A DNA stretch of 64,000 nt. Source: an uncultured Bacteroidota bacterium (GTDB lineage Bacteria > Bacteroidota > Bacteroidia > Bacteroidales > GCA-2748055). The stretch's first letter is position 1. Every line of letters starts with the position of its first letter. The notes below the pieces were generated by a model. That model had not been told where the DNA came from. It ran no database searches and worked only from the letters and a program-made list of their open reading frames with translations. The stretch is taken from positions 69,938 to 133,937 of the forward strand of contig CAVQMZ010000014.1 of NCBI GenBank assembly GCA_963713725.1, in the 5' to 3' direction. Shown piece by piece: positions 42,879-53,886 of the stretch. The position numbers and the translations under genes were made by a program.

Positions 42879-45455
42879 ATGAAAAAAATCCTGCTACCCA
42901 TACTGTCCGCCATAATATTCATATCATCTTCGGATATGATAAAGGCTCAAAGCTCTTTTTCCGGCGATGCTTATATGCAATTCCGGGACATGCATAAAGA
43001 CTATTCAGCAAATGAGCTGATTGCTGACTATCCGGCTAAAACCACTTACTTTTCCTCCAGGCAATATCCTGCTGATCTCAGGCTTATTCCCTGGTATGAT
43101 TCGCTTAACAGCCATTTTTCTTTTACTGATGATGAACAGGACATGTTGAAGAAGAATTTTTTCATGGTTTCGGAGCGACTGGAGTCTATGGACTGGGCAG
43201 CGGCTTTTATTGGTCTCTACAGCAAGGATCTTCCACTTTTTTTAAGCAGCGATTTTATTCTTTCCACCCTGCATAATTCCTATGATGCCATTCTCCAGAC
43301 CGTGGAATGGCAGTTCCTGGAACCCAATCTGAAGGAGCTGCTACATTCTTTATACGACGACCTCCAGTCGATGGCTGCAAAATATGAAGATGATGAGCGA
43401 CTGGGTGATGCGCTGAAGGATGTGGACCTTTATGTTTCCGTGGCCCTTTCCCTTGCTGAGGGCGGGGAGTTCAAACCCCAATTGGATACTCCGGAAAAAT
43501 TCAATACAGTGATGGCCGCCGTGGCTGCAGAAAACCAGGTGGACATGACCCTCTTTACAGAGAGCAAACAAAGACACCTGGATTTCAGTCAGTTTACCCC
43601 CAGGGGTCATTATAATAAACCCATCTATTCAGGGGGCGCGGAGTTCACCCTGGAAAACTATTTCAGGGCTATGATGTGGCTGGGACGAATCGATTTTCTA
43701 ATGACTGCTCCTCCGGAAAATCCATGGGAAGAGGGTTGGACTGATGATGAGTTAAGGAGAATGCAAGTGGGAGCTTTGCTTTTAAATGAGCTATTACACG
43801 GCTCTGACAAATTTGGGAATTTACTTAAGCATGAGCAAATTATTTCCTTCATGGTGGGACCCGATGATAATATGACCCCCGTGGAATTAAAGATGCTGAC
43901 AGAAGCTGAACTATCTTCCCCCGGCGATCTGTTTGAAGCAGCTCAGTTCGCCTCATTTAAGGAACAACTGAATGCTTCAGATGATTACGGTCAGAAAATT
44001 ATGTCCAATTTCTTTTATGTGGATCCGGATGCTTCAGATCCGGGGAAGCTGCCGGTATCATTCAAGCTGCTGGGTCAGAAATTTCTTGTGGATTCCTATG
44101 TTTTTAGTGAAGTGGTCTTTGACCGGATTGTTTTTGAAGGGAAAAAAATCTGGAGGCCCCTTCCGGACCCGCTTGATGCCATGGCTGCACTTGGAAATGA
44201 AGATGCCCTGGCTCTTCTGGAAGATGAAATGGAGACCTATAAGTATGCCTCCAATATGGCTTCCCAAAAATACCTGATCGAGTCCTATGATGACGATTTC
44301 TGGGAACAGTCCCTCTATAATACCTGGCTTGGAGCCCTTCGCGCCCTCAATCCACCGGCCTCCTCAGGAGACTTACCCTATTTTATGCAAACCACCGCCT
44401 GGCATCATAAAAAACTGAATACCCAGCTGACTTCATGGGCCCAGTTGAGGCATGATAATATCCTCTACGGAAAGCAATCTTACACGGGAGGCACAGGATG
44501 TTCTTATCCCTATACTTATGTGGAGCCCTATCCCGAATTATATGGTCAGCTGGCGTATTTTGCTGAGAAGGCCGGTGATTTTTTCGATGATGTATTTAAG
44601 GATAGTCAGGTGGAAAGTAAGGAGCGTATCCGTTTATATTATGAGGGATATGCGGAAATTATGAAAAAGCTTGAAAGTATTGCCCGGAAGGAGCTGGACC
44701 GCCAGGTGCTATCAGAAGATGAAATTACCTTTTTGAAAACCATGATCAATGGCTATATGGCCTCCGGGCCCTCCATATCGGGTTGGTATATGGATCTCTT
44801 TTTCGACGGGCAGAAGGCCCTTTGGATGGATTTTACTGTAGCTGATGTGCATACCCAGCCAACCGATGCTGGTGGGGCCCGTGTGGGTAATGTCCTGCAT
44901 GTTGGGAATGGAAAAATCAACATGGGTGTTTTCCTTGCAGAGAATACCTGTACCCCGGGTCAGTATATGGCCTACGCGGGTCCGGTGTCATCCTTCCACA
45001 CAGATGTTCAGCCTAATTTTAAAAGACTGACCGACCAGGAGTGGGAGGACAGATTTCTTGGCGGTCCCATACCCGGACGGCCCGACTGGGTCTCCAGCTA
45101 CCTGCTGAACAAAGACGGAAAATATTATGCTGAGGGAAGAGAGCTGAAAGGCTCGGTCTATACAGGAACCGGGATATCTCCGGACAGGCAGCCAGAGCAA
45201 GTCGACTACCTGATCCTATTCCCTAACCCGGCTTCGGGTGAAACGGCCCTCCGCTTTATTTTAAACCAGGGAGGAGATCTTTGCCTTGAAGTATATGATG
45301 CCTCGGGGAGGCTAAAATATAAAAGGGTTTATGATGGACTGACTCCTGCCGAACATCACATTCCCCTGCCCCTTGAGAACTGGCAGAGCGGACTCTATCT
45401 TGTGAGATGCCGTATGGGAAATCAGACTTTGGTTAAGCAACTTATGGTAAGATAA
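42879..45455 (+). CDS. DUF3160-domain protein with C-terminal T9SS sorting domain
   Basis: DFSQFTPRGHY, YFRAMMWLGR, LNTQLTSWAQLRHDNILYGKQSY, YVEP, ADVHT. Tail LFPNPA..VYDASGR..SGLYLVR..KQLMVR. Confidence 0.82.
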   Translation: MKKILLPILSAIIFISSSDMIKAQSSFSGDAYMQFRDMHKDYSANELIADYPAKTTYFSSRQYPADLRLIPWYDSLNSHFSFTDDEQDMLKKNFFMVSERLESMDWAAAFIGLYSKDLPLFLSSDFILSTLHNSYDAILQTVEWQFLEPNLKELLHSLYDDLQSMAAKYEDDERLGDALKDVDLYVSVALSLAEGGEFKPQLDTPEKFNTVMAAVAAENQVDMTLFTESKQRHLDFSQFTPRGHYNKPIYSGGAEFTLENYFRAMMWLGRIDFLMTAPPENPWEEGWTDDELRRMQVGALLLNELLHGSDKFGNLLKHEQIISFMVGPDDNMTPVELKMLTEAELSSPGDLFEAAQFASFKEQLNASDDYGQKIMSNFFYVDPDASDPGKLPVSFKLLGQKFLVDSYVFSEVVFDRIVFEGKKIWRPLPDPLDAMAALGNEDALALLEDEMETYKYASNMASQKYLIESYDDDFWEQSLYNTWLGALRALNPPASSGDLPYFMQTTAWHHKKLNTQLTSWAQLRHDNILYGKQSYTGGTGCSYPYTYVEPYPELYGQLAYFAEKAGDFFDDVFKDSQVESKERIRLYYEGYAEIMKKLESIARKELDRQVLSEDEITFLKTMINGYMASGPSISGWYMDLFFDGQKALWMDFTVADVHTQPTDAGGARVGNVLHVGNGKINMGVFLAENTCTPGQYMAYAGPVSSFHTDVQPNFKRLTDQEWEDRFLGGPIPGRPDWVSSYLLNKDGKYYAEGRELKGSVYTGTGISPDRQPEQVDYLILFPNPASGETALRFILNQGGDLCLEVYDASGRLKYKRVYDGLTPAEHHIPLPLENWQSGLYLVRCRMGNQTLVKQLMVR

Positions 45456-45460
45456 GCTCC

Positions 45461-45937
45461 TTACTCCATGGGTTTGTAGACTTCTGAAATTTCAATCTTT
45501 ACAATGCGGTACCCCTTCCATACCTCGATGGCAGCAAAGATAATTCCCACAAAAACGGCAAGCATGCCTGCATAGAAAAAGGCAACAATCAACCAGTCGA
45601 AGGTGGGTGTGTTCTTGTTAATGGTCATCCCAATGAGAACCGAGCTGACAATAAAAAGTGCCACAGCTACTGAGTAGGAAAATACAGCTGTGCGCACAAG
45701 GGATATTCTTTCGATCAGGTGACTGATCTGCAACTCGATATTGCTGAGCCGGCTGACTTCAATTTCATCCATTTTTACCATATGGAAAATTTTCCTCTTC
45801 TCTTCATTGAGCAGGCGGATGCGGTTTACCACCAGGCTGTATTTGTTATTCATTCCAAGTAAGAGCAGTCCGCAGGCTGAGATCATAAGCCCCGGAGCAA
45901 GCATTCCCTGAATCACTTGAACAATGGGTATATCCAT
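45461..45937 (-). CDS. DUF2721-like membrane protein
   Basis: MLAPGLMISACGLLLLGMNNKYS.VVNRIR.L plus two further TM helices. Confidence 0.75.
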   Translation of the reverse strand: MDIPIVQVIQGMLAPGLMISACGLLLLGMNNKYSLVVNRIRLLNEEKRKIFHMVKMDEIEVSRLSNIELQISHLIERISLVRTAVFSYSVAVALFIVSSVLIGMTINKNTPTFDWLIVAFFYAGMLAVFVGIIFAAIEVWKGYRIVKIEISEVYKPME

Positions 45938-46031
45938 AACAAAAATTTTGTTGGTGCAAATGTTAAGAATTATTATGGATTAAGCAAGATGACTGCTCCG
46001 GACAGGGACAGGTGAGCTGAATATGGGATGT

Positions 46032-47325
46032 TTATTTTTCGTCCAGGAAGAATAACTCCTCATTCAGGGCTATGATCCGGTCTTCCACAATTACCCTGAT
46101 GGATATCCCCTGATTGCTTTCCTGTTTTTCCGGAAGCTGATCCAGGGCTTCTATATAACGTTGATAATCCACCAGGGCTTCCCTGGATTTATGCATGCTG
46201 TTGTCCAGAATGGAGGCCATGAAATAAAGCGCTATCACATTTGTACTATCGGTTTCATAGGCCATTTTGTAGAGGGAATATGCCTCTTCATATTCCATTT
46301 CCAGATCGTTTGAGGTTTCCCTGTTCAGAATATATACGTGCGGTGATGCCCGGATCAGGCTGCATGAGCTTCAAAGATTGATTCAGAAGATGCATGGCCC
46401 TGGTTTTTTCCTTGGTGGTGGCCAGGCTTGCCCCAAGGAAAAAGCATATTTCAGCATCGAGCGTATCTTTTTCTCTTGCAATCTCAAGAGACTCTATAGC
46501 TGCTGCAAAGTCCGTTCGGAGGTAATGAGAGATTCCTTTAAACTTAAAAGTAAATATGGTCGAATCACCCAGCTGGTTTGCGTACTCAAAATACCTGACC
46601 GCAAAGTCTGGTCCTGCTTGTTTGTAGTAGGCATAACCCAGCAGCTTGGCGAATTTTATACTTGTGGTATCGATGGTGAGCATGTGCTCGCAGATGGGGA
46701 TGGCCTTCCATGCTTCTTTGGCCTGGATATTCAGGTTCCCCAGCGCAAAAGCAGCCTGCTGGTTATCGGGATAGAGGCGGTAGGCCTTTTCATAATAGGT
46801 AATGGCTCCTTTGTGCTTGTGCTTGTGGAGGATATCACCCATTTTCATCAGGCCTGTCAGGTTGAGGGAGTCTATCCTTAAAACCTGGTTCAGCGCATCG
46901 AGTACCTGATTGTCGTTTTGTCGGAAAGTTGCAATTTCTGCAAGCTTCAGCCAGGAGCTTACATCCAGGCTATCTCCCTGTACCAGGTTTGTGTAGCCCT
47001 CCTGTGCCCGAACATAGTAGCCGGCCTCAAAGAGTTGTCCGGCCAGCATCCTTAGAACGCGGGGGTCCTCCGGATGAGTGTTCAGGGCAAGTTCCAGGGT
47101 CTTTATGGCCTCTGCGGTCTGGCCCAACTGGGCCTCCGAAAGCGCCTGCAGGTAGAATGTATTGAAGGCTGTATCGCCCGCCTGTATCATCGCCCCGGTT
47201 TGTTCCCGCACCTTTTGGTATGCTCCGGAGTAATAAAGGTCAAGTGTTTTATCCTGACCATGGATAAAGGAGCCCGAAAAAGGACAGAGGATAATAAGCA
47301 GGCTGAAAAGGAGGCGCTGTTTCAT
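46032..47325 (-). CDS. Tetratricopeptide-repeat protein (frameshift near 46,300)
   Basis: Signal peptide and serial TPR helices across 46288-47325 and 46032-46298. Confidence 0.78.
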
Positions 47326-47327
47326 GG

Positions 47328-47366
47328 AAAAAATGCAAACACCGGGGAAAAGGCCCGGTGTTTGCA
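47328..47366 (-). terminator. Intrinsic terminator of the blaI-M56 operon
   Basis: TGCAAACACCGGG / CCCGGTGTTTGCA 13-bp stem, T6 on the minus strand. Confidence 0.75.
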
Positions 47367-47376
47367 GTATTTTGGT

Positions 47377-48691
47377 CTATTGAAGAACAAAGTTTATGGG
47401 GAAGGTAAACATCACTTTTACATTCTTTCCCCTCTGTTTTCCGGGAGTCCAGTCTGGTGAAGTGGAAACGACCCTGACGGCTTCATCCTTAAGCATCTGG
47501 ATGTATTTTTCATCAGGTGTCTCAGCATCCTTCTCGAGGGTGCGGTAAGTAACCACAACTACTTCATCGATAGGCTTTCCTTCCATCTTTGCCACTGTTT
47601 CCTGATCAGGAATCACAACCTTTCCTTCTTTGTCTACAATGAATCTGATAAAGATTTTTCCGCTAACTCCATTTGCTGCAGCCTCCTTGGGATACATAAG
47701 GTTTTTAGCAATGTACTTTCTGAACTCGATGGGCTCACCACCATTAAAGGTGGGCATCTCTTCAACTACAAAGAATACTTCAGATTCAGCGCTTGCTTCC
47801 ACTTCGGGAGCAGCAGGATCGTCGCCTTTCACACCCTCTTTTTCAGTACATGAAACGAAAAGAAGTGCAATGGCTGTTACGGGGAGAAGCAAGGCGAGTT
47901 TCCACCGGCTTCCCAATTTATAATTTTTGTTTAACATGGTGATTCGTTTTTTAATTTGACTACTGAATTGATTGGAAATAGAAGCGCTTCCCAGGTATTG
48001 ATTTAAAATTGATAATTGATATTTCAGGGGATCTGTCCCCTTTCGCAGTACGGCCGAGTCTGCGAGGTATTCAAGATTTTGTATCACCGCCCTGCGAAAT
48101 AGCCATGCCACGGGATTGAACCAGTTGATCATGACAAAGAGTTCGGTGAGGATACGGTCTAAGGAGTGCCACTCTTTTTTGTGGGTGCTCTCGTGTTCCA
48201 GGATATGATTGAAATTATCATCTTTCATAGTCTCCGGATCGATAAAAATATAGCCAAAAAAGGAGCTGGCATGAAGAGCTCTGTTTTCCAGCAAGGAGGT
48301 TCCGTTTACCTCAAGACGATGTGAGGAAAACGCTGCGATGCTAATCCGGGCCATCTGGTGGAGTAATTTCAGGATGCCCAGGCCCAGGACCAACAAATAG
48401 ATGATCATGGCAACGCGACCCACAAGAAGGGGAGTGGAAGCCTGGCTATCGGAGCCTTCACCGACGATGGTGACACCTTCAAGCTGAAGTGAGATGGGTG
48501 CAATGTTACCCACCGGCATCTGAACTGAGTCAGGGAGCAGGGGAAGGATGAAGGGCAGGATTACCACACCAAGCAGATATATCCTTCGGACCAGGAAATT
48601 ACTGTCCCTCTCGAAAAAGAGCTTATAGGCCACAAAGAGAATGATCAGGGCAATATTTAGCTCCAGCAGATATATGAATAAGATTATTCAT
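47377..48691 (-). CDS. BlaR1-like M56 peptidase fused to a TonB C-terminal domain (N-terminal frameshift)
   Basis: ILEHESTH (HExxH), WFNP, NLEYLAD, QIKKRITML. C-terminal VEEMPTFNGG..YPKEA..WTPGKQRG..FTFPINF. Confidence 0.88.
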
Positions 48692-49064
48692 TTTTGTCGC
48701 TTTGTTTTTTTAACTCCTCTATCATGGATATAATATCATCAGCCTCCTTTATATCTATTGAACCATCTTTGCCAAAGTGGGAGAGAACCTGTTTCATGGA
48801 GTTATTGAAGTAGTTCTTCATCAGGCTTGAAAATCGCTCGTTGCGATACTCATCCCTGCTTACCAGTGGATAATACTGGTGGGACTTTCCAAAGCTGCGG
48901 TGATCCACAAAACCTTTTTTCTCCAGTATCCTGATAATGGTGGAGACCGTATTGTATGCCGGTTTAGGTTCCGGAAATTTCTGAAGCAGATCTTTCACAA
49001 ACCCCTCCTCTTCGTCCCAGAGGATTTGCATAACCTGCTCTTCTGCTTTTGTAAGTGTGCTCAT
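48684..49064 (-). CDS. BlaI/MecI/CopY family repressor
   Basis: LTKAEEQVMQILW, PAYNTVSTIIRILEKKGFV, YYPLVSR, YFNNS. Confidence 0.93.
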   Translation of the reverse strand: MSTLTKAEEQVMQILWDEEEGFVKDLLQKFPEPKPAYNTVSTIIRILEKKGFVDHRSFGKSHQYYPLVSRDEYRNERFSSLMKNYFNNSMKQVLSHFGKDGSIDIKEADDIISMIEELKKQSDKNE

Positions 49065-49103
49065 TTTTTATTGCTTTCTGTCAAATCTGCTCTACAAACA
49101 TAA

Positions 49104-49139
49104 AACTAAATATTTAGTTCACCAACTAAAAGCTTAGTT
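49104..49139. promoter_or_regulatory. Tandem BlaI-type operators
   Basis: Perfect palindrome AACTAAATATTTAGTT (49104-49119) and AACTAAAAGCTTAGTT (49124-49139), 20 bp apart, upstream of blaI. Confidence 0.75.
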
Positions 49140-49269
49140 TATTTTTAATTATTTCGTTTTCCTTATTTAGAAAGGTATTGTCCTAAACCATTCTATTACA
49201 GCAAAAACCGTGCTATAATTATTTAGAATGAATCTTTATTTCGCAGCGTTATATAAAATACTTAATTCA

Positions 49270-49331
49270 TTGTTATAGAAATCACACAAAAATTCTAATT
49301 TTAATCTTTCATTATGTGAATGAAATAACAA
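49270..49331 (+). promoter_or_regulatory. Two Rex/CRP-like boxes upstream of the hydrogenase operon
   Basis: TTGTTA-tagaaa-TCACAC (49270-49287) and ATGTGA-atgaaa-TAACAA (49314-49331), versus TTGTGA-N6-TCACAA. Confidence 0.55.
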
Positions 49332-49385
49332 TAGCGCCTTAAACAACTAAAAAACAAAGAATTACACTTAATTATTTTTGAGCTC

Positions 49386-49856
49386 ATGGAGATGATAATT
49401 GAAAATGAACTAGTAAAGGAGCTGGCCAACAAGCATGGCCGGTCCCGTGAGAGCCTCATTCCCATCTTGCAGGATCTGGTTGTTCGTAACCGCTTCCTTT
49501 CCAAACAGGATATGATCGATGTGGCCAGAGAACTGGATATGTCAGCAGCTGATGTATTTGGAACAGCAACCTTTTACTACTTTCCTTGATACCCAGCCCA
49601 GGGGTAAATATGTGATCAGGATTTGCAAAACCATCTCCTGTGCCATGAAAGGAAAGAATGAAATCCTCGCTACCATTGAGGAAATTCTGAAGGTAAAATT
49701 GGGAGAAACCACCCCCGATCGAAGTTCAGTCTGCTTGAGGCCAATTGCATAGGATGGTGTCATAAGGCGCCTGCCATGCTGATCAACGATACACCTTACA
49801 CAGAGCTGACTCCACCAAAGGTAACGGAGATACTAAGGGAATACATTAAGCAATAG
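49386..49856 (+). CDS. hydC: [FeFe]-hydrogenase gamma subunit (NuoE-like, 2Fe-2S), frameshifted
   Basis: LIPILQD, ATFY, RICKTISC, then ANCIGWCHKAPAMLIND in a shifted frame; stop at 49856. Confidence 0.85.
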
Positions 49857-49876
49857 TCACTGAAAACATCATAAGC

Positions 49877-51039
49877 ATGAAATCAAAACATATTAAAAGA
49901 GTAGATCTGATTTTCGAAAAGATCGAATGCAAGGATGTCCTGAAAAAGGTCGCTGGTATGGATCCCGATGCCATTTGCCAGGAGATTCTGGATTCGGACC
50001 TGAAAGGCGTGGTGGTGCCGGATTTCCAACAGGATTAAAATGGCGGTTCACCGCACAGGAAGAAGGAGCCTGTAAAATATATCGTTTGTAATGCGGATGA
50101 AGGAGAGCCGGGAACATTTAAGGATCGTGAAATCCTTGACCAGGTACCCGGAAAAGTTTTCTGTGGTATGGCCATTGCCGGAAGGGCGGTGGGTGCAAAA
50201 AAGGGATATGTATACCTGAGGGGGGAATATAAATTCCTTGATTCCAAAGCTGAATGAGGAATTGATTGAAGTTCCATAATACCATGGATGAATTCGATCA
50301 GAATTTCCACATTGAGATTCGGCTGGGAAGCGGGGCATATATCTGTGGTGAGGAGAGTGCACTTATTTGAATCCATTGAAGGAAAAAGGGGAGAACCCCG
50401 AAATAAACCTCCCTATCCGACCACTTCCGGACTTTTTGGTAAACCCACTTCCATAAATAATGTGGAAACCCTGGTGCATACGGTAATGATTATGAAATAT
50501 GGGGCAGACCATTTAAGGAGCTTGGAACTAAAGATTCAAGGGGCTCAAAGGTATTCTCCATTTCAGGAGATACACCCAAAGCGGGCATTTATGAACTGGA
50601 ACTGGGAATGACTGTCGATCAGTTTGTGAATGATTTTGGTGATGGAGATACCAAGGCTGTTCAGGTTGGAGGAGCATCAGGATTCTGTGTTCCCAGGAAG
50701 CGATTTGGCGAGACCATTATCGGATTTGAAGGAGTTCCCACCGGAGGTTCCATGAAGCTGTTTAATTCTTCGCGTTCCATGTACAATGTGCTTCACAATT
50801 ACCTTGATTTCTTTACCGAGGAGTCCTGTGGACAATGCACACCCTGCCGTGTAGGATGCCAGCAACTCCTGAAGGGGGTTGAGGCTGTAAAGCGCGGGGA
50901 AAAGAACTCCAAATACCTGGATGAGCTTGTGAAACTGGCAAAGACCATGAAACGGGCTTCCAAGTGCGGACTGGGTCAGTCGGTTGGAAATGCTTTTGGA
51001 TCCATCGTGGAGAACTTCAAGGAAGAAATCATTTACTAA
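49877..51039 (+). CDS. hydB: [FeFe]-hydrogenase beta subunit (short NuoF-like NADH/FMN subunit), frameshifted
   Basis: [78 protein letters not shown]. Confidence 0.87.
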
Positions 51040-51062
51040 GAATAAACGAAAAACTAGATATC

Positions 51063-52850
51063 ATGGTAAGTTTATCCATAAATGGCATGCTGGTAAAAGT
51101 TCCTGAAGGAACTACCATTCTTGAGGCAGCCAAACAATTAAATTTCAGAATACCCACCCTCTGTCATCACGACGACCTTTGTGTGGCTGGAAATTGCAGG
51201 GTTTGTGTGGTGGAACAGCTGGGAGCGAAATCCCTGGTTGCAGCCTGTGCTGCTCCGGTTAGTGATGGGATGCAGATACTGACCAACTCGTTAAAGGTAC
51301 GTTCAGCACGGAAGCATATTATTGAGTTACTGCTTTCGGAGCACAATGCCGATTGTACCAAATGTTATAAAAATGGAAAATGTGAACTGCAGAATCTCTC
51401 CAATGAGTTTGCAGTGGGCGATCATATTTTCCTGGATCTGACATACCATAAAGGACTATACCATTGACCGCTTTTCACCTTCCATTCAGAAGGACGACAG
51501 CAAGTGCATTCGTTGCCAGAGGTGCGTAAGAACCTGCGAACAACTGCAGGGGGTCAATGCCCTTACAGTAGCACATAAGGGAGAGCATCAGAAGATCAGC
51601 ACCTTTGAGGATCTTTCCATGGCTGAGGTAATTTGTACCAATTGCGGACAGTGCATCAACCGTTGTCCCACCGGAGCCCTTGTGGAAAGAACCTATCTGG
51701 ATGAAGTCTGGGATGCCATCCTGGATCCTGACAAACATGTGGTGGTTCAGACTGCTCCTGCAGTGAGGGTTGGTCTGGGTGAAGAACTTGGTCTGGAACC
51801 AGGGAACAGGGTGACCGGTCAAATGGTTGCCGCTTTGAAGCGGCTTGGTTTTAATTCTGTGCTGGACACAGATTTTACAGCCGATCTTGACCATAATGGA
51901 AGAGGGCACAGAGCTGCTGACCAGGTTGAAGAGGGCGCTGGTGGATAAGGATCCCGATGTGGCCCTGCCCATGACTACCTCCTGTTCACCGGGATGGATC
52001 AAATTTATTGAACACACCTTTCCCGAATTCCTGCCCAATGTTTCCACCTGTAAATCTCCCCAGCAGATGTTCGGGGCACTGGCTAAAACCTATTATGCGC
52101 AAGACCAGGAAACTGAATCCCAAGGATATTGTGAGTGTCTCCATCATGCCCTGTACAGCTAAAAAATATGAGGCAAATCGTCCTGAAATGCGTTCAAGTG
52201 GATACAAGGATGTGGATTTTGTACTGACTACCAGGGAGCTGGCCAGGATGATCAAACAGGCTGGTGTGGAGTTTGAAAAGTTGAAGGAAGATAAGTACGA
52301 CAGCATCATGGGTGAGTCTTCAAGCGGAGCTGCCGTAATCTTTGGTGCCACAGGCGGGGTGATGGAAGCAGCGCTGAGGACGGCCTACGAAATTGTGACC
52401 GGAAGGGAGGTTCCCTTTAAAGGTCTGAACATTACCCCGGTTCGTGGAATGGAGGGTGTAAGACAGGCTTCTGTGTTGATTGAAGACTGCCTGGAAGAAT
52501 GGAGTTTTCTCAACGGAGTGGAGTTGAAGTGTGCAGTGGCTCACGGTCTTGTGAATGCCAGAGAACTTATGGATGGTGTAAAAAGCGGAGAGATCAATGT
52601 TCACTTCATCGAGGTAATGGCCTGTCCGGGCGGCTGCCTTGGCGGTGGAGGACAACCCATCCCCACAAATGAGGAGATTCGCAAAAAACGAACCGAAGCC
52701 ATATATGCTGAGGACATGTCAATGGCCATACGAAAGTCCCATGAGAATCCAGAGGTTATCGGAATTTACAGAGACTTTTTAGGTGAACCGCTCGGTCATA
52801 AATCCCACGAATTACTTCATACCCATTATTCAGAGCGGGTCAGGTATTAG
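51063..52850 (+). CDS. hydA: Group A [FeFe]-hydrogenase catalytic subunit, frameshifted
   Basis: H-cluster motifs TSCSPGW, MPCTAKKYE, EVMACPGGCLGGGGQP. N-terminal 2Fe-2S, HxxxCxxCxxxxxC and two 4Fe-4S motifs (CIRCQRCVRTC, CTNCGQCINRCP). Confidence 0.93.
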
Positions 52851-52871
52851 TAGCACAACTCTAAGTAAATG

Positions 52872-52912
52872 TTGAAAAGGAGGCTGTCCAGGAGGGGCAG
52901 CCTCCTTTTCAA
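52872..52912. terminator. Bidirectional intrinsic terminator
   Basis: TTGAAAAGGAGGCTGTCC / GGGCAGCCTCCTTTTCAA between convergent genes. Confidence 0.85.
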
Positions 52913-53886
52913 ATTTCTTGCTGGATCCAGGAAAGGATGAGGTTCAGGACTTCATCGGGAATCAGGACTGATGAGATTTTTCCATAGCTTGAATCAGGGC
53001 CCGTGGAATCTTCTTTCAGTAGGGCATGGTTATAGCCGGGTAAGATATGCAGACTTACCTGCTCATTTCCGGCCTTGATAAGGGTCTCTTCAAGCAGGCA
53101 GGCATCCGTAAAGGGGACCCTTCTGTCTGTTTGACCATGAATAATCAGTACAGCCTGAGTAAGCAGCCTGATGCTTTCGAGGGGATCAAATTCATTCAAA
53201 AAGCGCATATTCGGATCTCTTCTTAAAATCTTCTGCAGGTCTTCTTCAGGCAGGAGACCATTTTGAACCTGGTAAGCTATAATATCCTTTCCTTTGGTTC
53301 CAATGCCCGAGAGTAGCACAATACCGCTTATGGATGTATCCCTGGAAGCGATTAAATGTGCAATGGATGCTCCTTCGCTCAGCCCCACAAGGCATATCCT
53401 TGCAGGATCAATATCCGGCCTGGATTTGATCCAGGTGATACACTGTTTAATATCGGCTGCCCTTTCCAGGGTATTCATTTTATTGATATCCCCACCTTTT
53501 GATCTGCCCACACCGTGGTCATCCATTCTTAAGACTGCAATGCCATTTGAAGACAGGATGTGTGCGATTTGCCGAAAGGGCCGATAAACCTCAAGTGGCT
53601 TGCCGGGCTTTGAGTTATCCCGGTCATGGGCAGAGCTTCCCGTAATAAGAATCGCAATGGGACTGGCCCTGCTTTCTTTGCCCGGGATAGTCAGGGAGCC
53701 TGCCAGTTGATCTCCATTTTCCAGTTTAATATTCACTTCCTCATGCAGGTAGGTGGCATTTACCGGCGGGTCATAGTTCACCTCTGTTTCCGGGCCATTG
53801 TGACAGCCTGAAAGAAGGAGGAAAACTATGATAAGTGTCTGATTCCGCATATCTGAATAAGCAGACCGGGGATCAGGCCTGTTCAA
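52909..53886 (-). CDS. Alpha/beta hydrolase lipoprotein (S9/S15-like)
   Basis: LSGC lipobox, LITGS...DRD, GLSEG nucleophile elbow, D..V, NH.L. Confidence 0.82.
   Translation of the reverse strand: MNRPDPRSAYSDMRNQTLIIVFLLLSGCHNGPETEVNYDPPVNATYLHEEVNIKLENGDQLAGSLTIPGKESRASPIAILITGSSAHDRDNSKPGKPLEVYRPFRQIAHILSSNGIAVLRMDDHGVGRSKGGDINKMNTLERAADIKQCITWIKSRPDIDPARICLVGLSEGASIAHLIASRDTSISGIVLLSGIGTKGKDIIAYQVQNGLLPEEDLQKILRRDPNMRFLNEFDPLESIRLLTQAVLIIHGQTDRRVPFTDACLLEETLIKAGNEQVSLHILPGYNHALLKEDSTGPDSSYGKISSVLIPDEVLNLILSWIQQEI

Noticed and set aside
49575-49595. TGA in hydC as selenocysteine, prompted by the nearby mnmH
   Set aside because: Removing one base gives the expected ATFYTFLDTQPRGKY, and the TGA is not at a Cys position. 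The TGA at 51465-51467 in hydA is explained the same way.
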